From: a virus | Lineage: Duplodnaviria > Caudoviricetes | Virus record (IMG/VR): IMGVR_UViG_3300033566_000030 | Location: 1 to 57,218 of that record | Reading direction: 5' to 3' (one strand) | DNA length: 57,218 nucleotides | Shown here: one piece after another, positions 14,240-23,102 of the stretch | Numbering within the stretch: the stretch's first letter is position 1 | Layout: each line of letters opens with the position of its first letter | Program-made: the position numbers and the translations under genes | Notes under the pieces: model-generated | Seen by the model: the letters and a program-made list of their open reading frames with translations, nothing else | Told to the model about the DNA's origin: nothing | Databases searched by the model: none

Positions 14240-15229
14240 ATGAGCGCAGGTAACACAAAAACACAAGGGAATAAAGGAAACAACTTCCCGTTCCAATTTA
14301 GGAACTTACAGCTTCTCAATCAAATCGAGATGGCTGTAGCTAGCTTAGTACCTCCTGGAGGATTAGCTACTGAAGCAACACTTCAAAGTGTATTAGTTGC
14401 TTTACAGAACGGTCAGGAATACGAACAAAATTTAGTATCTGATTTAGGAAATCCAGCTTGTCCGGCTAACTGTCCAACTTACTTGCAAGTAAGAGTTTGG
14501 AATACTGTTACACACGGTTTCGATCCTCCTGTGTATTACGATGCCACAGGGGCTGTTGTGGTTCCTATAGGACCTTTAGAACTTGTAAATCCCCAGTATG
14601 TACTTGCTGATATTCTAACTCAAATTATCGCTTTAAATGCAAGTGTGGATGTTAATCTTTCTACTCGTGCATCTGAACTAACATTGGCTGCTTTAAATGC
14701 GGCATTTACCGCTACAAATTTTGCTACAGAAGGGACACTTCTCCTTATAAAAGGGGTACTCGATAACATTAAGTTAGATACCGCTAAGTTAGATGTAAAT
14801 CTTTCAACCAGAGCTACAGAAGCTACACTAGCTTTAATAAAAGCCAAAACAGACAACCTTGATGTAGCTTTATCAACTAGAGCTACAGAAGCAACTCTTG
14901 CTTTAATCAGAGCAAAGACTGATAACATAGATGTTGCTTTATCAACTAGATCTAGCGAAGCTACCTTATCTTCTCTTGATGCAAAATTTACTAAAGTATC
15001 AAGAACGCCTTTAGTGATACGGGCTACAGGAGTAGGAACAATTGCTCAAGAAGCGCGTTCAGTATCCGTTTATAACGGAGGAGTTGTTACGGGTAGTTGG
15101 TTAGGAGTAAGTATAAAACAAGGAGAGCAACTTTCTTTTACAGCAGGTGGTGAAGATGATACTTTTCCTGCAAGTACCTTTACTTACGACGGAACAGGAA
15201 CTGAATTAGTGATCACGGTAGTTTATTAA
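14240..15229 (+). CDS. Structural protein with 23-aa tandem repeats
   Basis: Repeats of LDVALSTRATEATLALIKAKTDN. Confidence 0.65.
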   Translation: MSAGNTKTQGNKGNNFPFQFRNLQLLNQIEMAVASLVPPGGLATEATLQSVLVALQNGQEYEQNLVSDLGNPACPANCPTYLQVRVWNTVTHGFDPPVYYDATGAVVVPIGPLELVNPQYVLADILTQIIALNASVDVNLSTRASELTLAALNAAFTATNFATEGTLLLIKGVLDNIKLDTAKLDVNLSTRATEATLALIKAKTDNLDVALSTRATEATLALIRAKTDNIDVALSTRSSEATLSSLDAKFTKVSRTPLVIRATGVGTIAQEARSVSVYNGGVVTGSWLGVSIKQGEQLSFTAGGEDDTFPASTFTYDGTGTELVITVVY

Positions 15230-15238
15230 TAATACAAC

Positions 15239-17119
15239 ATGGGCGGTACGGATATAAAACAGTTATTAGGTACTGATTACTATAGAGCTATAATTGGTGG
15301 CTCATCTCCTAGTGGAGTAAATCCTTTTGCTACAGTTAGTCAATTAGGAGTTGTCGCTTCTATGAATACTAATAAGCTACTAGGAAGATACACTGCAGGA
15401 TTAGGTGTTGCTGAGGAAATAACAATCGGTTCAGGATTAAGTTTAAGCGGTCTGGGTGTGTTAACTGCTACGGGAAGTGTAACTTCTGTGAGCGGAACGG
15501 CTAATAGAATAACCTCTACAGGAGGAGCCACACCCGTAATAGATATTTCTGCTGCTTATGTGGGTCAAAATTCTATAACTACTTTAGGAACAGTAACTAC
15601 AGGTACCTGGAATGGATCAGCTATTGCTGGTTTATACTTGGTTAATACAGGCGTTACAGGTCAAGCATTAACCGGATATGTTAGTGGTGCAGGAGTCATA
15701 ACAGGACTAGACACCATCCTTACAGCAATTCAAAAACTTAACGGAAACATTGCAGCAAACTCTTATACTTTCTCAACAGGCTTAACTAATACTGTAGGGA
15801 CTATAACTAATAATCTTTCCACAGGTGTAGCAGGAGGACAATCAATATTTGGTGGATCTGCGGCTTCTGAGATTCTGACTATAAACAGTACCTCTAATCC
15901 TACAAAAGGAAGGATCCAAATCGGATCTACCGATTTAGTTAATATAGGTAACGCCACCTCCGCAAATCAAAGAATATTAAGAGTTGGACAAGGAACTCAT
16001 TATATAGATTTAGGTAATCGAACAGACGATAGTTCACCCGCTATTTATTTTAGTACAGTTACGCCATCACCTACTAATTATCATCTAACAGGAGGGGCCA
16101 CATCGGTTATAGTAAACGCACCTACAGCGGGTTCTAATATGAACTTTAGAGTTGCTAATGTTGATAGGTGTATAGTTACAAATACAACAGCAACTTATTC
16201 CTTTGGTACGTCTTCTGTAATTGTACGAGATAATGGAGCTAATCCAGGATTCGGTGCAATTTATTTTAATGCAAGCACTAATGCTGCTTTAACAGGGACA
16301 ACTACACAAACAATGTTAAATGCTACAACCTCAAATACACTTCAGGTTGGTGGGTTTAATTATGTAGATATATCTTCGGGGGCAGTATCTATAAATAGTA
16401 ATGCAACTGTATTTACAGTGAACTCTACAAGAAGTAGTTTTGTAAATAAAGCATTTTTCGGAGGATCAACCGTACCTACAGCCCTTATTCATGCAGCAGC
16501 AGGTGGTATTTCGGCTAATTCAGCACCACTAAAACTTACCACCCAAGCAGCAGGTTTAACTACTCCTGAACAAGGAGTATTTGAACTTATAGGAAGTACT
16601 TTACACTTCACTAATAGTACTATAAGAAGAAGTCAAGTTCAAGGATCAACTGTTTCTTCCGCAACAATTCAAGTTGCAAATACAACAACCGAAACAACAG
16701 TTTTTACAACATCCGTAGGGGCTAGTGAATTAACCGTTGGAAAGCAGATAGAGTTATTTCTATGTGGTTTATATACTTCCAATTCAGGTGCTGGAGCAAA
16801 TACATTAACAGTCAGAGTTAAATATGCAGGAACCACTATACTTACATTAGTTACCGTTGAGAGTGCAAACACAGACCAATTATTTAGATTATTAGCTACT
16901 TTAACTTGCAGAACAACAGGTGCAACAGGAACGCTTCAATCTTCTGCTATATTTGATTTAAATGGTGTTGCAACAAAACCACAGGCAGTTGCATTACCAA
17001 CAATAGATACTACAACTGCTCAAAATATTACAATAACAGCACAATGGAGTGATGCAAATGCCTCAAATGATATTAGATTTCAACAAGCAAGAGCTTTATG
17101 GGTAAATAATAATTTATAA
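15239..17119 (+). CDS. Tail fibre protein
   Basis: G/T/S-rich; fibre modules SVSGTANRITSTGGATPVIDIS and ITTLGTVTTGTWNGS. Confidence 0.7.
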   Translation: MGGTDIKQLLGTDYYRAIIGGSSPSGVNPFATVSQLGVVASMNTNKLLGRYTAGLGVAEEITIGSGLSLSGLGVLTATGSVTSVSGTANRITSTGGATPVIDISAAYVGQNSITTLGTVTTGTWNGSAIAGLYLVNTGVTGQALTGYVSGAGVITGLDTILTAIQKLNGNIAANSYTFSTGLTNTVGTITNNLSTGVAGGQSIFGGSAASEILTINSTSNPTKGRIQIGSTDLVNIGNATSANQRILRVGQGTHYIDLGNRTDDSSPAIYFSTVTPSPTNYHLTGGATSVIVNAPTAGSNMNFRVANVDRCIVTNTTATYSFGTSSVIVRDNGANPGFGAIYFNASTNAALTGTTTQTMLNATTSNTLQVGGFNYVDISSGAVSINSNATVFTVNSTRSSFVNKAFFGGSTVPTALIHAAAGGISANSAPLKLTTQAAGLTTPEQGVFELIGSTLHFTNSTIRRSQVQGSTVSSATIQVANTTTETTVFTTSVGASELTVGKQIELFLCGLYTSNSGAGANTLTVRVKYAGTTILTLVTVESANTDQLFRLLATLTCRTTGATGTLQSSAIFDLNGVATKPQAVALPTIDTTTAQNITITAQWSDANASNDIRFQQARALWVNNNL

Positions 17120-17122
17120 AAC

Positions 17123-17584
17123 ATGGACACAATATTAGTAAATGAGTGGATCACACTTTCGGAAACAAGAAAAGGAGCACCTGTACAAAGAAAGTATGCG
17201 GGTATAAACACTCTTTGCGATAATAAAACGAATAAAGTATTATTCTGCATAATTAGTTATTGGGAACGTGAGTTATATCCAAATGGTGAGGAAAACAAAA
17301 TCTTTTTAAAAACATATACCCTTACAGATCTTGAAAGACAAGAATGGCAAGAAGAAGCCGGATTAGTAAATGTAGGTACAGAAGAAGATCCTATAATGGA
17401 AATGAGCTATGATACTAAGTACAGAAATGAGTTACTTGTACTAAGTGGATTTGTAGCTTCTTTAGGAAACAACTATATCATTGCGCCTACGAGATCTACT
17501 ATTCAAAACTTAGCAGTTCTACCATTAGATAAAGAAGAAGGATATCCTTTACATAGAGATACAAGAACTATTCAGACACAATGA
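17123..17584 (+). CDS. Hypothetical protein
   Basis: 153 aa ORF directly after the fibre gene. Confidence 0.75.
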   Translation: MDTILVNEWITLSETRKGAPVQRKYAGINTLCDNKTNKVLFCIISYWERELYPNGEENKIFLKTYTLTDLERQEWQEEAGLVNVGTEEDPIMEMSYDTKYRNELLVLSGFVASLGNNYIIAPTRSTIQNLAVLPLDKEEGYPLHRDTRTIQTQ

Positions 17585-18138
17585 TGATTACTGTTGAAGA
17601 AAAATATAAAAAGCTAAGACCTTTTATGGAACATGGTGACCTTATTCTTTTCCGCGGAACAGGTCTAATGGCTTCTTTGATTCAAAACTGTGATAAAGCT
17701 TATTGGAATCATATTGGTGTTGTTGTTAAAGTAAATGGAGCCCTCTTTATAGTAGATTCCAATGCCAGTGGTGTACAGGCTGATAGATTATCCTGGAGAA
17801 TCCGGAAGTATAAAAAAGGAGGAGACTTCGGCTTAATTAAAGTTAGAGCCAGCGATCATATAAAAGCTTTCCACATGGAATCTCTTCTACAACGTAGTGA
17901 TGCTAAGTGGATCAAATATGATTTCATGAACGGTGGTAAGGAACTTTTTAACAGAAAGTTCAATACCAATCTCAAGATTTCTACTGATGATGGGCGTGAC
18001 ATTTGCAGTGATTATGTTAGTCAATATGCTATTGGAGTAAGAGCTGTTTTAGAAGAAGCATTCTTAAAACTTAGAGTAGCTTTTCCACAAGATTATGATA
18101 GATTTCTTAACCCAGAAGGTGCTGTGATTATAAAATAA
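17581..18138 (+). CDS. Permuted papain-like (YiiX/YebB, NlpC/P60) enzyme
   Basis: GDLILFRG...WNHIGVV...YDF...ICSDYV; His precedes Cys. Confidence 0.75.
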   Translation: MMITVEEKYKKLRPFMEHGDLILFRGTGLMASLIQNCDKAYWNHIGVVVKVNGALFIVDSNASGVQADRLSWRIRKYKKGGDFGLIKVRASDHIKAFHMESLLQRSDAKWIKYDFMNGGKELFNRKFNTNLKISTDDGRDICSDYVSQYAIGVRAVLEEAFLKLRVAFPQDYDRFLNPEGAVIIK

Positions 18139-18175
18139 TATTATCTTTGTCACATAACCAATTAAACCTTTAGTC

Positions 18176-18415
18176 ATGGACCCGAACGCAGAAAATACAG
18201 TTACAGAAGAAAAAGGAGACAAAAAAGCAGAAGTACCAGGTGCTTCCATTGATCAAGCAGCTCAAGCACTTGAGATTGCTCGTCAAAAGTCAGTACAAGA
18301 TGCTGCAGTAGAAATTAAAGCCATCTGTGATAAATACGGTGTAGCATTAACCGGACAAGCAATTATTGAAAACAATAAGGTCGACGTAAGAGTGTTGATC
18401 GTAAGCACAAAATAA
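18176..18415 (+). CDS. Hypothetical protein
   Basis: 79 aa; TATCTTTG at 18142-18149. Confidence 0.7.
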   Translation: MDPNAENTVTEEKGDKKAEVPGASIDQAAQALEIARQKSVQDAAVEIKAICDKYGVALTGQAIIENNKVDVRVLIVSTK

Positions 18416-18419
18416 TACC

Positions 18420-18716
18420 ATGACACACGACTTAAATAACCCGGACTCAAATCATACGCCTCAGTCGGCAGCATTGCTGTTTATGGCGTGGATATTGGAA
18501 TCTTTTAGAACTATGAACCTTAGTGAAGCGATGTCTATGTTATTTCAAGCGTTGTCGTTATTATCTGTGCTGTTGATTGTTATTATTAATCTCCCTAAAG
18601 CGATCAGTGTTTTGAGATCCCTTTTTCCTAAAAAGGAAGAAGAGAAGAAACAACCTGAAGCAAACCTTATCGAAAGGACTGATGATACTCATCATCCCAA
18701 GAAAGAGGAAAACTAA
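18420..18716 (+). CDS. Holin-like membrane protein
   Basis: TM helix and charged C-tail, near the putative lysin. Confidence 0.45.
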   Translation: MTHDLNNPDSNHTPQSAALLFMAWILESFRTMNLSEAMSMLFQALSLLSVLLIVIINLPKAISVLRSLFPKKEEEKKQPEANLIERTDDTHHPKKEEN

Positions 18717-18726
18717 GATATATAAG

Positions 18727-18753
18727 AGCCAGACCATCCAGTCTGGCTTTTTT
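18727..18753 (+). terminator. Intrinsic terminator
   Basis: AGCCAGAC/GTCTGGCT + T-run. Confidence 0.8.
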
Positions 18754-18819
18754 GTTTAAATCTTGTATGTTTAAATATTTTGTCTATCTTTGTAAGGATA
18801 AACCAAAAATATTTATACC

Positions 18820-19068
18820 ATGGAAACAACAGCCGCTGAAGAAAAAAAACCTCTTACTCCAGAGGAGATGGTCAAAATCAAAAATGACCATCTTAAGTTC
18901 ATGACAGAAGAAATACCTTTTCTTAAAGTGGAGTTAGAGTATGAAACATTGTGCGCTAATATTGAGGAGCAGCGCTACAAGTACCTGACCAATCGTATCC
19001 GTATTGCTCAGATAACTACACGTCAACCCGAGCAGACTCAACCAGTAGAAAAAAAACCAGCTGAATAA
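18820..19068 (+). CDS. Hypothetical coiled-coil protein
   Basis: 82 aa; TATCTTTG at 18785-18792. Confidence 0.75.
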   Translation: METTAAEEKKPLTPEEMVKIKNDHLKFMTEEIPFLKVELEYETLCANIEEQRYKYLTNRIRIAQITTRQPEQTQPVEKKPAE

Positions 19069-19085
19069 ACCTTAAAACTTTAAAC

Positions 19086-19685
19086 ATGAAAAAAGAAGAT
19101 TTCACGTATGCTAAAGTAAAAGCTGCTGTTGAGAAAGCAGGCTTTAAGTTCTTCACAGGAAACATGAATCTAAACCAAATCGGTGTAAGATCTTTAAACC
19201 GTAAAGTAGATGGATGGGATGATTTCTTTATTGCCTGTTGGCAGGAGAATGGTAAAAATATGATCTGGGTAGATGATCAGTTCACCACAGATCCCGGAAT
19301 CGTCTATATGCAACAGAAGCTCCTTAACCCGAAAGGTTGTGGGATTTTGGCTCGTGGACAATATCGTGGTGTCTGGAAGATCGATCTTCACCAAGGAAAA
19401 TATGAAGCGTTCTGTCAAAGAAGTGGACCGGTTTCATACTATCGTGATCGTAATATGGATAACATCATGGACTTTGATCCAAAGACTCTTGAGTCTGGAA
19501 TGGTTGGATGTAACCATCATCATGGATATGACTCTACAAAAGTAGGACCGAATAGCGCAATGTGTCAAGTACACCGCTATAAAAAAGATCTTGCTTTTGT
19601 TCTTTCTTTAGGAAAGAAAAATATTGCTGCAGGTAATGGCGACACTTTCAGCTACACACTATTAGAAGAAGGAATCGATTTCTAA
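19086..19685 (+). CDS. L,D-transpeptidase-like putative endolysin
   Basis: TTDPG...GQY...YRD...GCNHH...SAMCQV (His...S-x-x-C arrangement). Confidence 0.5.
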   Translation: MKKEDFTYAKVKAAVEKAGFKFFTGNMNLNQIGVRSLNRKVDGWDDFFIACWQENGKNMIWVDDQFTTDPGIVYMQQKLLNPKGCGILARGQYRGVWKIDLHQGKYEAFCQRSGPVSYYRDRNMDNIMDFDPKTLESGMVGCNHHHGYDSTKVGPNSAMCQVHRYKKDLAFVLSLGKKNIAAGNGDTFSYTLLEEGIDF

Positions 19686-19703
19686 ACGTCAGCATAAACC
19701 AAC

Positions 19704-20072
19704 ATGCCAGAATTAAACCTAGTACAAAAAAAAGCAAGACTGAGCTTGTGGGAGATTGTGAAACTCCAACTGGTCACTCATTTTTATCTTCATCAGGTAA
19801 AGATGAGTGACTCAGAGTTGGATTGTCTTACATTTCTTGCGATCAAAGGTGAACAACAGCTAAGTCTGTTTTGTGAAGCCGCTTGCGCCGAAGAAGTATT
19901 TATGAGCAGTCAGACTGTTCGTAATTGCTTAACCGATCTTTGTAAGAAAGGATTCGTTCTTACTGATGGTAAGAAGAACAAGAAGAAGGTTAAAGTAAAC
20001 CCTGAACTGGAGCTCACTACTGAAGGTAATATCTTACTTGATTTTAAGTTTGGCCATGTTGTTCAATCCTAA
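19704..20072 (+). CDS. Winged-helix DNA-binding protein
   Basis: SSQTVRNCLTDLCKKGFV HTH/wing pattern. Confidence 0.6.
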   Translation: MPELNLVQKKARLSLWEIVKLQLVTHFYLHQVKMSDSELDCLTFLAIKGEQQLSLFCEAACAEEVFMSSQTVRNCLTDLCKKGFVLTDGKKNKKKVKVNPELELTTEGNILLDFKFGHVVQS

Positions 20073-20484
20073 AAGATATCAGGAATACATTAAACCAACA
20101 GCAGAAGAGTTGGAAATAGACTCTCAATGTGTGAGAGATGTTGTAGACTTCTTCTGGAAAGAAGTGAGAAAAAACCTTTCAGATTTATCCGAACCAAGAA
20201 TAGAAGTTCCTTTCTTCGGATACTTTGAAATCAAGAAGAGAAAACTAGCTGAGAAGATCGCTGATTACGAAAGGTTCTTTAATATTCCGGCAGAAAGAAT
20301 GACCTACCAGAAACATGCTGTGATTGCTGGTATGCAGAAGAACCTAAATGATGTAAAAGCGATGCAGCTGAAAGTAGATGTACAAACGTTAAAGCTTAAA
20401 AAAATAAACGAACTACGCTATGGCAAAGAAACTGATAGAAGTATGGGCCAACAGGAAAAAGATCCTGGAAGGACTCACGAATAA
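20056..20484 (+). CDS. HU/IHF-like DNA-binding protein
   Basis: VRDVVDFFWKEV...RIEVPFFGYFEIK resembles the HU core; ATG 20056 is the likely start. Confidence 0.55.
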   Translation: MLFNPKRYQEYIKPTAEELEIDSQCVRDVVDFFWKEVRKNLSDLSEPRIEVPFFGYFEIKKRKLAEKIADYERFFNIPAERMTYQKHAVIAGMQKNLNDVKAMQLKVDVQTLKLKKINELRYGKETDRSMGQQEKDPGRTHE

Positions 20485-20764
20485 CATATTTAAAAAGGAT
20501 GCTGTAGAATCTATAGCAAAGGAAAGGTTAAAGATCTGTGAAGAAGATTGTTCTCTTATTGATCGGGAAGGAACTAAGTGTATGATACCGGGAACTGCTC
20601 CTTGTTGTGGAGCTTGCGGATGTAAGCTTTCCCTTAAATCCAGATCTCTTTCGTCTGAATGTCCGCATCCAGATGGTCCTAAATGGGAAGCAATACTTGA
20701 ACAAGGAGAAGAAGACGAACTTTATGCAAAGATTGGCTATGATCCAGAAACACACAAAGACTGA
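20420..20764 (+). CDS. Cys-rich (Zn-binding) hypothetical protein
   Basis: RLKIC..C...CGACGC.L..K......CP....KW. Confidence 0.7.
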   Translation: MAKKLIEVWANRKKILEGLTNNIFKKDAVESIAKERLKICEEDCSLIDREGTKCMIPGTAPCCGACGCKLSLKSRSLSSECPHPDGPKWEAILEQGEEDELYAKIGYDPETHKD

Positions 20765-20771
20765 TAACCCT

Positions 20772-21194
20772 ATGGTCACAAAGATGGAAGCTATGACAAT
20801 AGATCGATTATGTGATTCACAGAGCACAACATCAGACTTTCATGAAGCTTCAAGTGTAGATGACCTGATAAAAATGTTCTCTCTTGAACAACCAAAGGTT
20901 ACATCATCAGCAATGACTGATCAATATGTAATGAGAATGGAGATCGTAAACGCTGAAGACAGTTTGGATTTCTTGGTTGAAAGGAAGATTGTTACAAGTC
21001 TTGATAGAGCAGGTTTGATAGCTATGATTCATGCTGTTGATCCAAGAGATTTTGATATGGCTAAAATGATCATTGCTTTAAAAATGAAAGAGGTGTACAA
21101 GCAATCTCGAACTGTTGATGATATGCTTAAATCTCCTGATGAAGAGTCACGAGTTTTAGGAAGAATTATTACTGACCAACTAACAAAAGACTAA
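20772..21194 (+). CDS. Hypothetical protein
   Basis: Likely start at ATG 20772, after the upstream gene ends. Confidence 0.6.
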   Translation: MVTKMEAMTIDRLCDSQSTTSDFHEASSVDDLIKMFSLEQPKVTSSAMTDQYVMRMEIVNAEDSLDFLVERKIVTSLDRAGLIAMIHAVDPRDFDMAKMIIALKMKEVYKQSRTVDDMLKSPDEESRVLGRIITDQLTKD

Positions 21195-21195
21195 T

Positions 21196-22029
21196 ATGGC
21201 AATATTTTTTAGAGCTCATGATCACAAGTATCAAAGTGTCGATCCAGCCGATGTAACAGAATGGCTGAGTGTTACTTCTGTGATAGGTATGTTCAAACCT
21301 AAGTTTGATGCCAAAGCTATCTCCGAAAGAGTAGCGAAAAACAAGAGATCAAAGTGGTTCGGGATGACTCCGGAAAAGATTCGTTTGATCTGGGAGAATG
21401 AAGCTAAACGCGCAACAGATCTTGGTACCTGGTATCATAACCAAAGAGAATCAGATCTTACTTCACATGAAACACTTGAGAGATCTGGAGTACATGTTCC
21501 GATTATCAAACCAATCTATGAGAATGATCTAAAGTTTGCACCTCATCAAAAGCTTACTGAAGGTATATATCCTGAACACTTTGTATATATGAAATCTGCA
21601 GGCATCTGTGGGCAATCTGATCGCGTAGAAGTCGTGAATGGGATTGTTTCCATAGTTGACTACAAGACGAATAAGGAGATTAAATATGAAGGCTTCAAAA
21701 ACTTTGATGGCTCTGTTAAGAAAATGCTCCACTGCTTAACTCACCTGGATGACTGTAACTTTATACACTATGCTCTTCAGCTGAGTGTTTACATGTATAT
21801 GATCATTAAGCACAATCCAAATCTTAGACCCGGTAAGATGTACCTTCATCACATTATCTTTGAAGAAGAAGGTGTAGATAGTAATGGTTACCCTATTGCA
21901 AAGATGGTAAATGGTGAACCGGTTGTAAAAGAACTTGTAGAAATCGAGGTACCTTACCTTAAAAGTGAAGTCATCGGTGTTATAAACTGGGTTCATGATA
22001 ACCGTCATCTTTTCAATAAAAATCACTAA
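21196..22029 (+). CDS. PD-(D/E)xK nuclease
   Basis: LSVTS, GTWYH, PE, ICGQSDR..IVDYKTNK, YALQLSVY. Confidence 0.85.
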   Translation: MAIFFRAHDHKYQSVDPADVTEWLSVTSVIGMFKPKFDAKAISERVAKNKRSKWFGMTPEKIRLIWENEAKRATDLGTWYHNQRESDLTSHETLERSGVHVPIIKPIYENDLKFAPHQKLTEGIYPEHFVYMKSAGICGQSDRVEVVNGIVSIVDYKTNKEIKYEGFKNFDGSVKKMLHCLTHLDDCNFIHYALQLSVYMYMIIKHNPNLRPGKMYLHHIIFEEEGVDSNGYPIAKMVNGEPVVKELVEIEVPYLKSEVIGVINWVHDNRHLFNKNH

Positions 22030-22038
22030 TATTGTGTT

Positions 22039-22488
22039 ATGATGAGTAGCAACGATGAATACCAACAAATCGGCTTCTTAAGGAAGCAGTCAGAGAATGT
22101 AAAGTCTTTAAACAGCATCATTACCATGTTGAGTACAAATGGTAACATAGATGCTGATGATATCAGTAATGGCGAATATACTTTCAAAGAACTCCAAGGT
22201 ATGGCAGCCATATCTTTCCTTGGTCTCTGTAGTATCTTCGCTCATAACGGAGAGAATGTATGGAAATCCATGAAGCTATCTACCGGTAAAAAAATTAAAG
22301 ACATGTTCATCATTGGAGTAAGAACAGCTCCCAGAGAACAAATCATGTTCTATATTCCCATAAGCTACTGGGATGTTACAAAGTTTGCAAAAGCTGTAGA
22401 TGAGGCTCCGGAGCATGACGGGCATCTATTCAAAGATACGTTAGAAAGAATAATCGATATAATAAACCAATATGATAAGACTGTTTGA
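22039..22488 (+). CDS. WDGH-like domain protein (degenerate)
   Basis: ISNGEYTFKEL...WKS...QIMFYIP..YWD...APEHDGH. Confidence 0.45.
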   Translation: MMSSNDEYQQIGFLRKQSENVKSLNSIITMLSTNGNIDADDISNGEYTFKELQGMAAISFLGLCSIFAHNGENVWKSMKLSTGKKIKDMFIIGVRTAPREQIMFYIPISYWDVTKFAKAVDEAPEHDGHLFKDTLERIIDIINQYDKTV

Positions 22489-22987
22489 TATTTCCAACAA
22501 GGTGATCGTTCCTTCAGAGCATTGTTATACAATCAACTATCTGAAAAAAATAATGGATAACTATCCAGATGACCATATAAAGGTTTATCAGTATCTGCAT
22601 TATATGACCTGTCCAAGTGAGGAGTTTAATCCTTACTTTAATCTTTCTGCAGAGGACAGAGAAGAAACAATACTTCGAGATATTGAAGCCGGTTTTTCAA
22701 CAGAAGACCCGGACATCATAGAAGCTATTGCTAAATGTGAGAAGATGTACGAAACACCAACTTTACGTGCATACAAGGGTATGGCCAATATGATGGATCG
22801 TCTGGCAAAATATATGAACGAAACAGCGATTAGTCATGGTCGTGATGGTAACATCAACTCATTAATATCAGCAGCAAAGAACTTTGATGCTATCCGCGGA
22901 TCCTTTAAAGGAGTTGCTAAAGATCTTAAGGAAGAACAAAAAAAAAGAGCAAAAGGTGGTGGCAGTTTGGCATACGATCAATCATGA
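22472..22987 (+). CDS. Conserved protein upstream of terminase (possible small terminase)
   Basis: Position and helical character only. Confidence 0.4.
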   Translation: MIRLFDISNKVIVPSEHCYTINYLKKIMDNYPDDHIKVYQYLHYMTCPSEEFNPYFNLSAEDREETILRDIEAGFSTEDPDIIEAIAKCEKMYETPTLRAYKGMANMMDRLAKYMNETAISHGRDGNINSLISAAKNFDAIRGSFKGVAKDLKEEQKKRAKGGGSLAYDQS

Positions 22988-23102
22988 TTTACAGCGTAAT
23001 ATTTACAATACTTTGGTGGCTTGCCGTAAATACTTGGCAGTGCGAAACACTTTACTGCAGAGTAAGACGTGCCAACGTATTTTATTTTACTAACATATTC
23101 TT

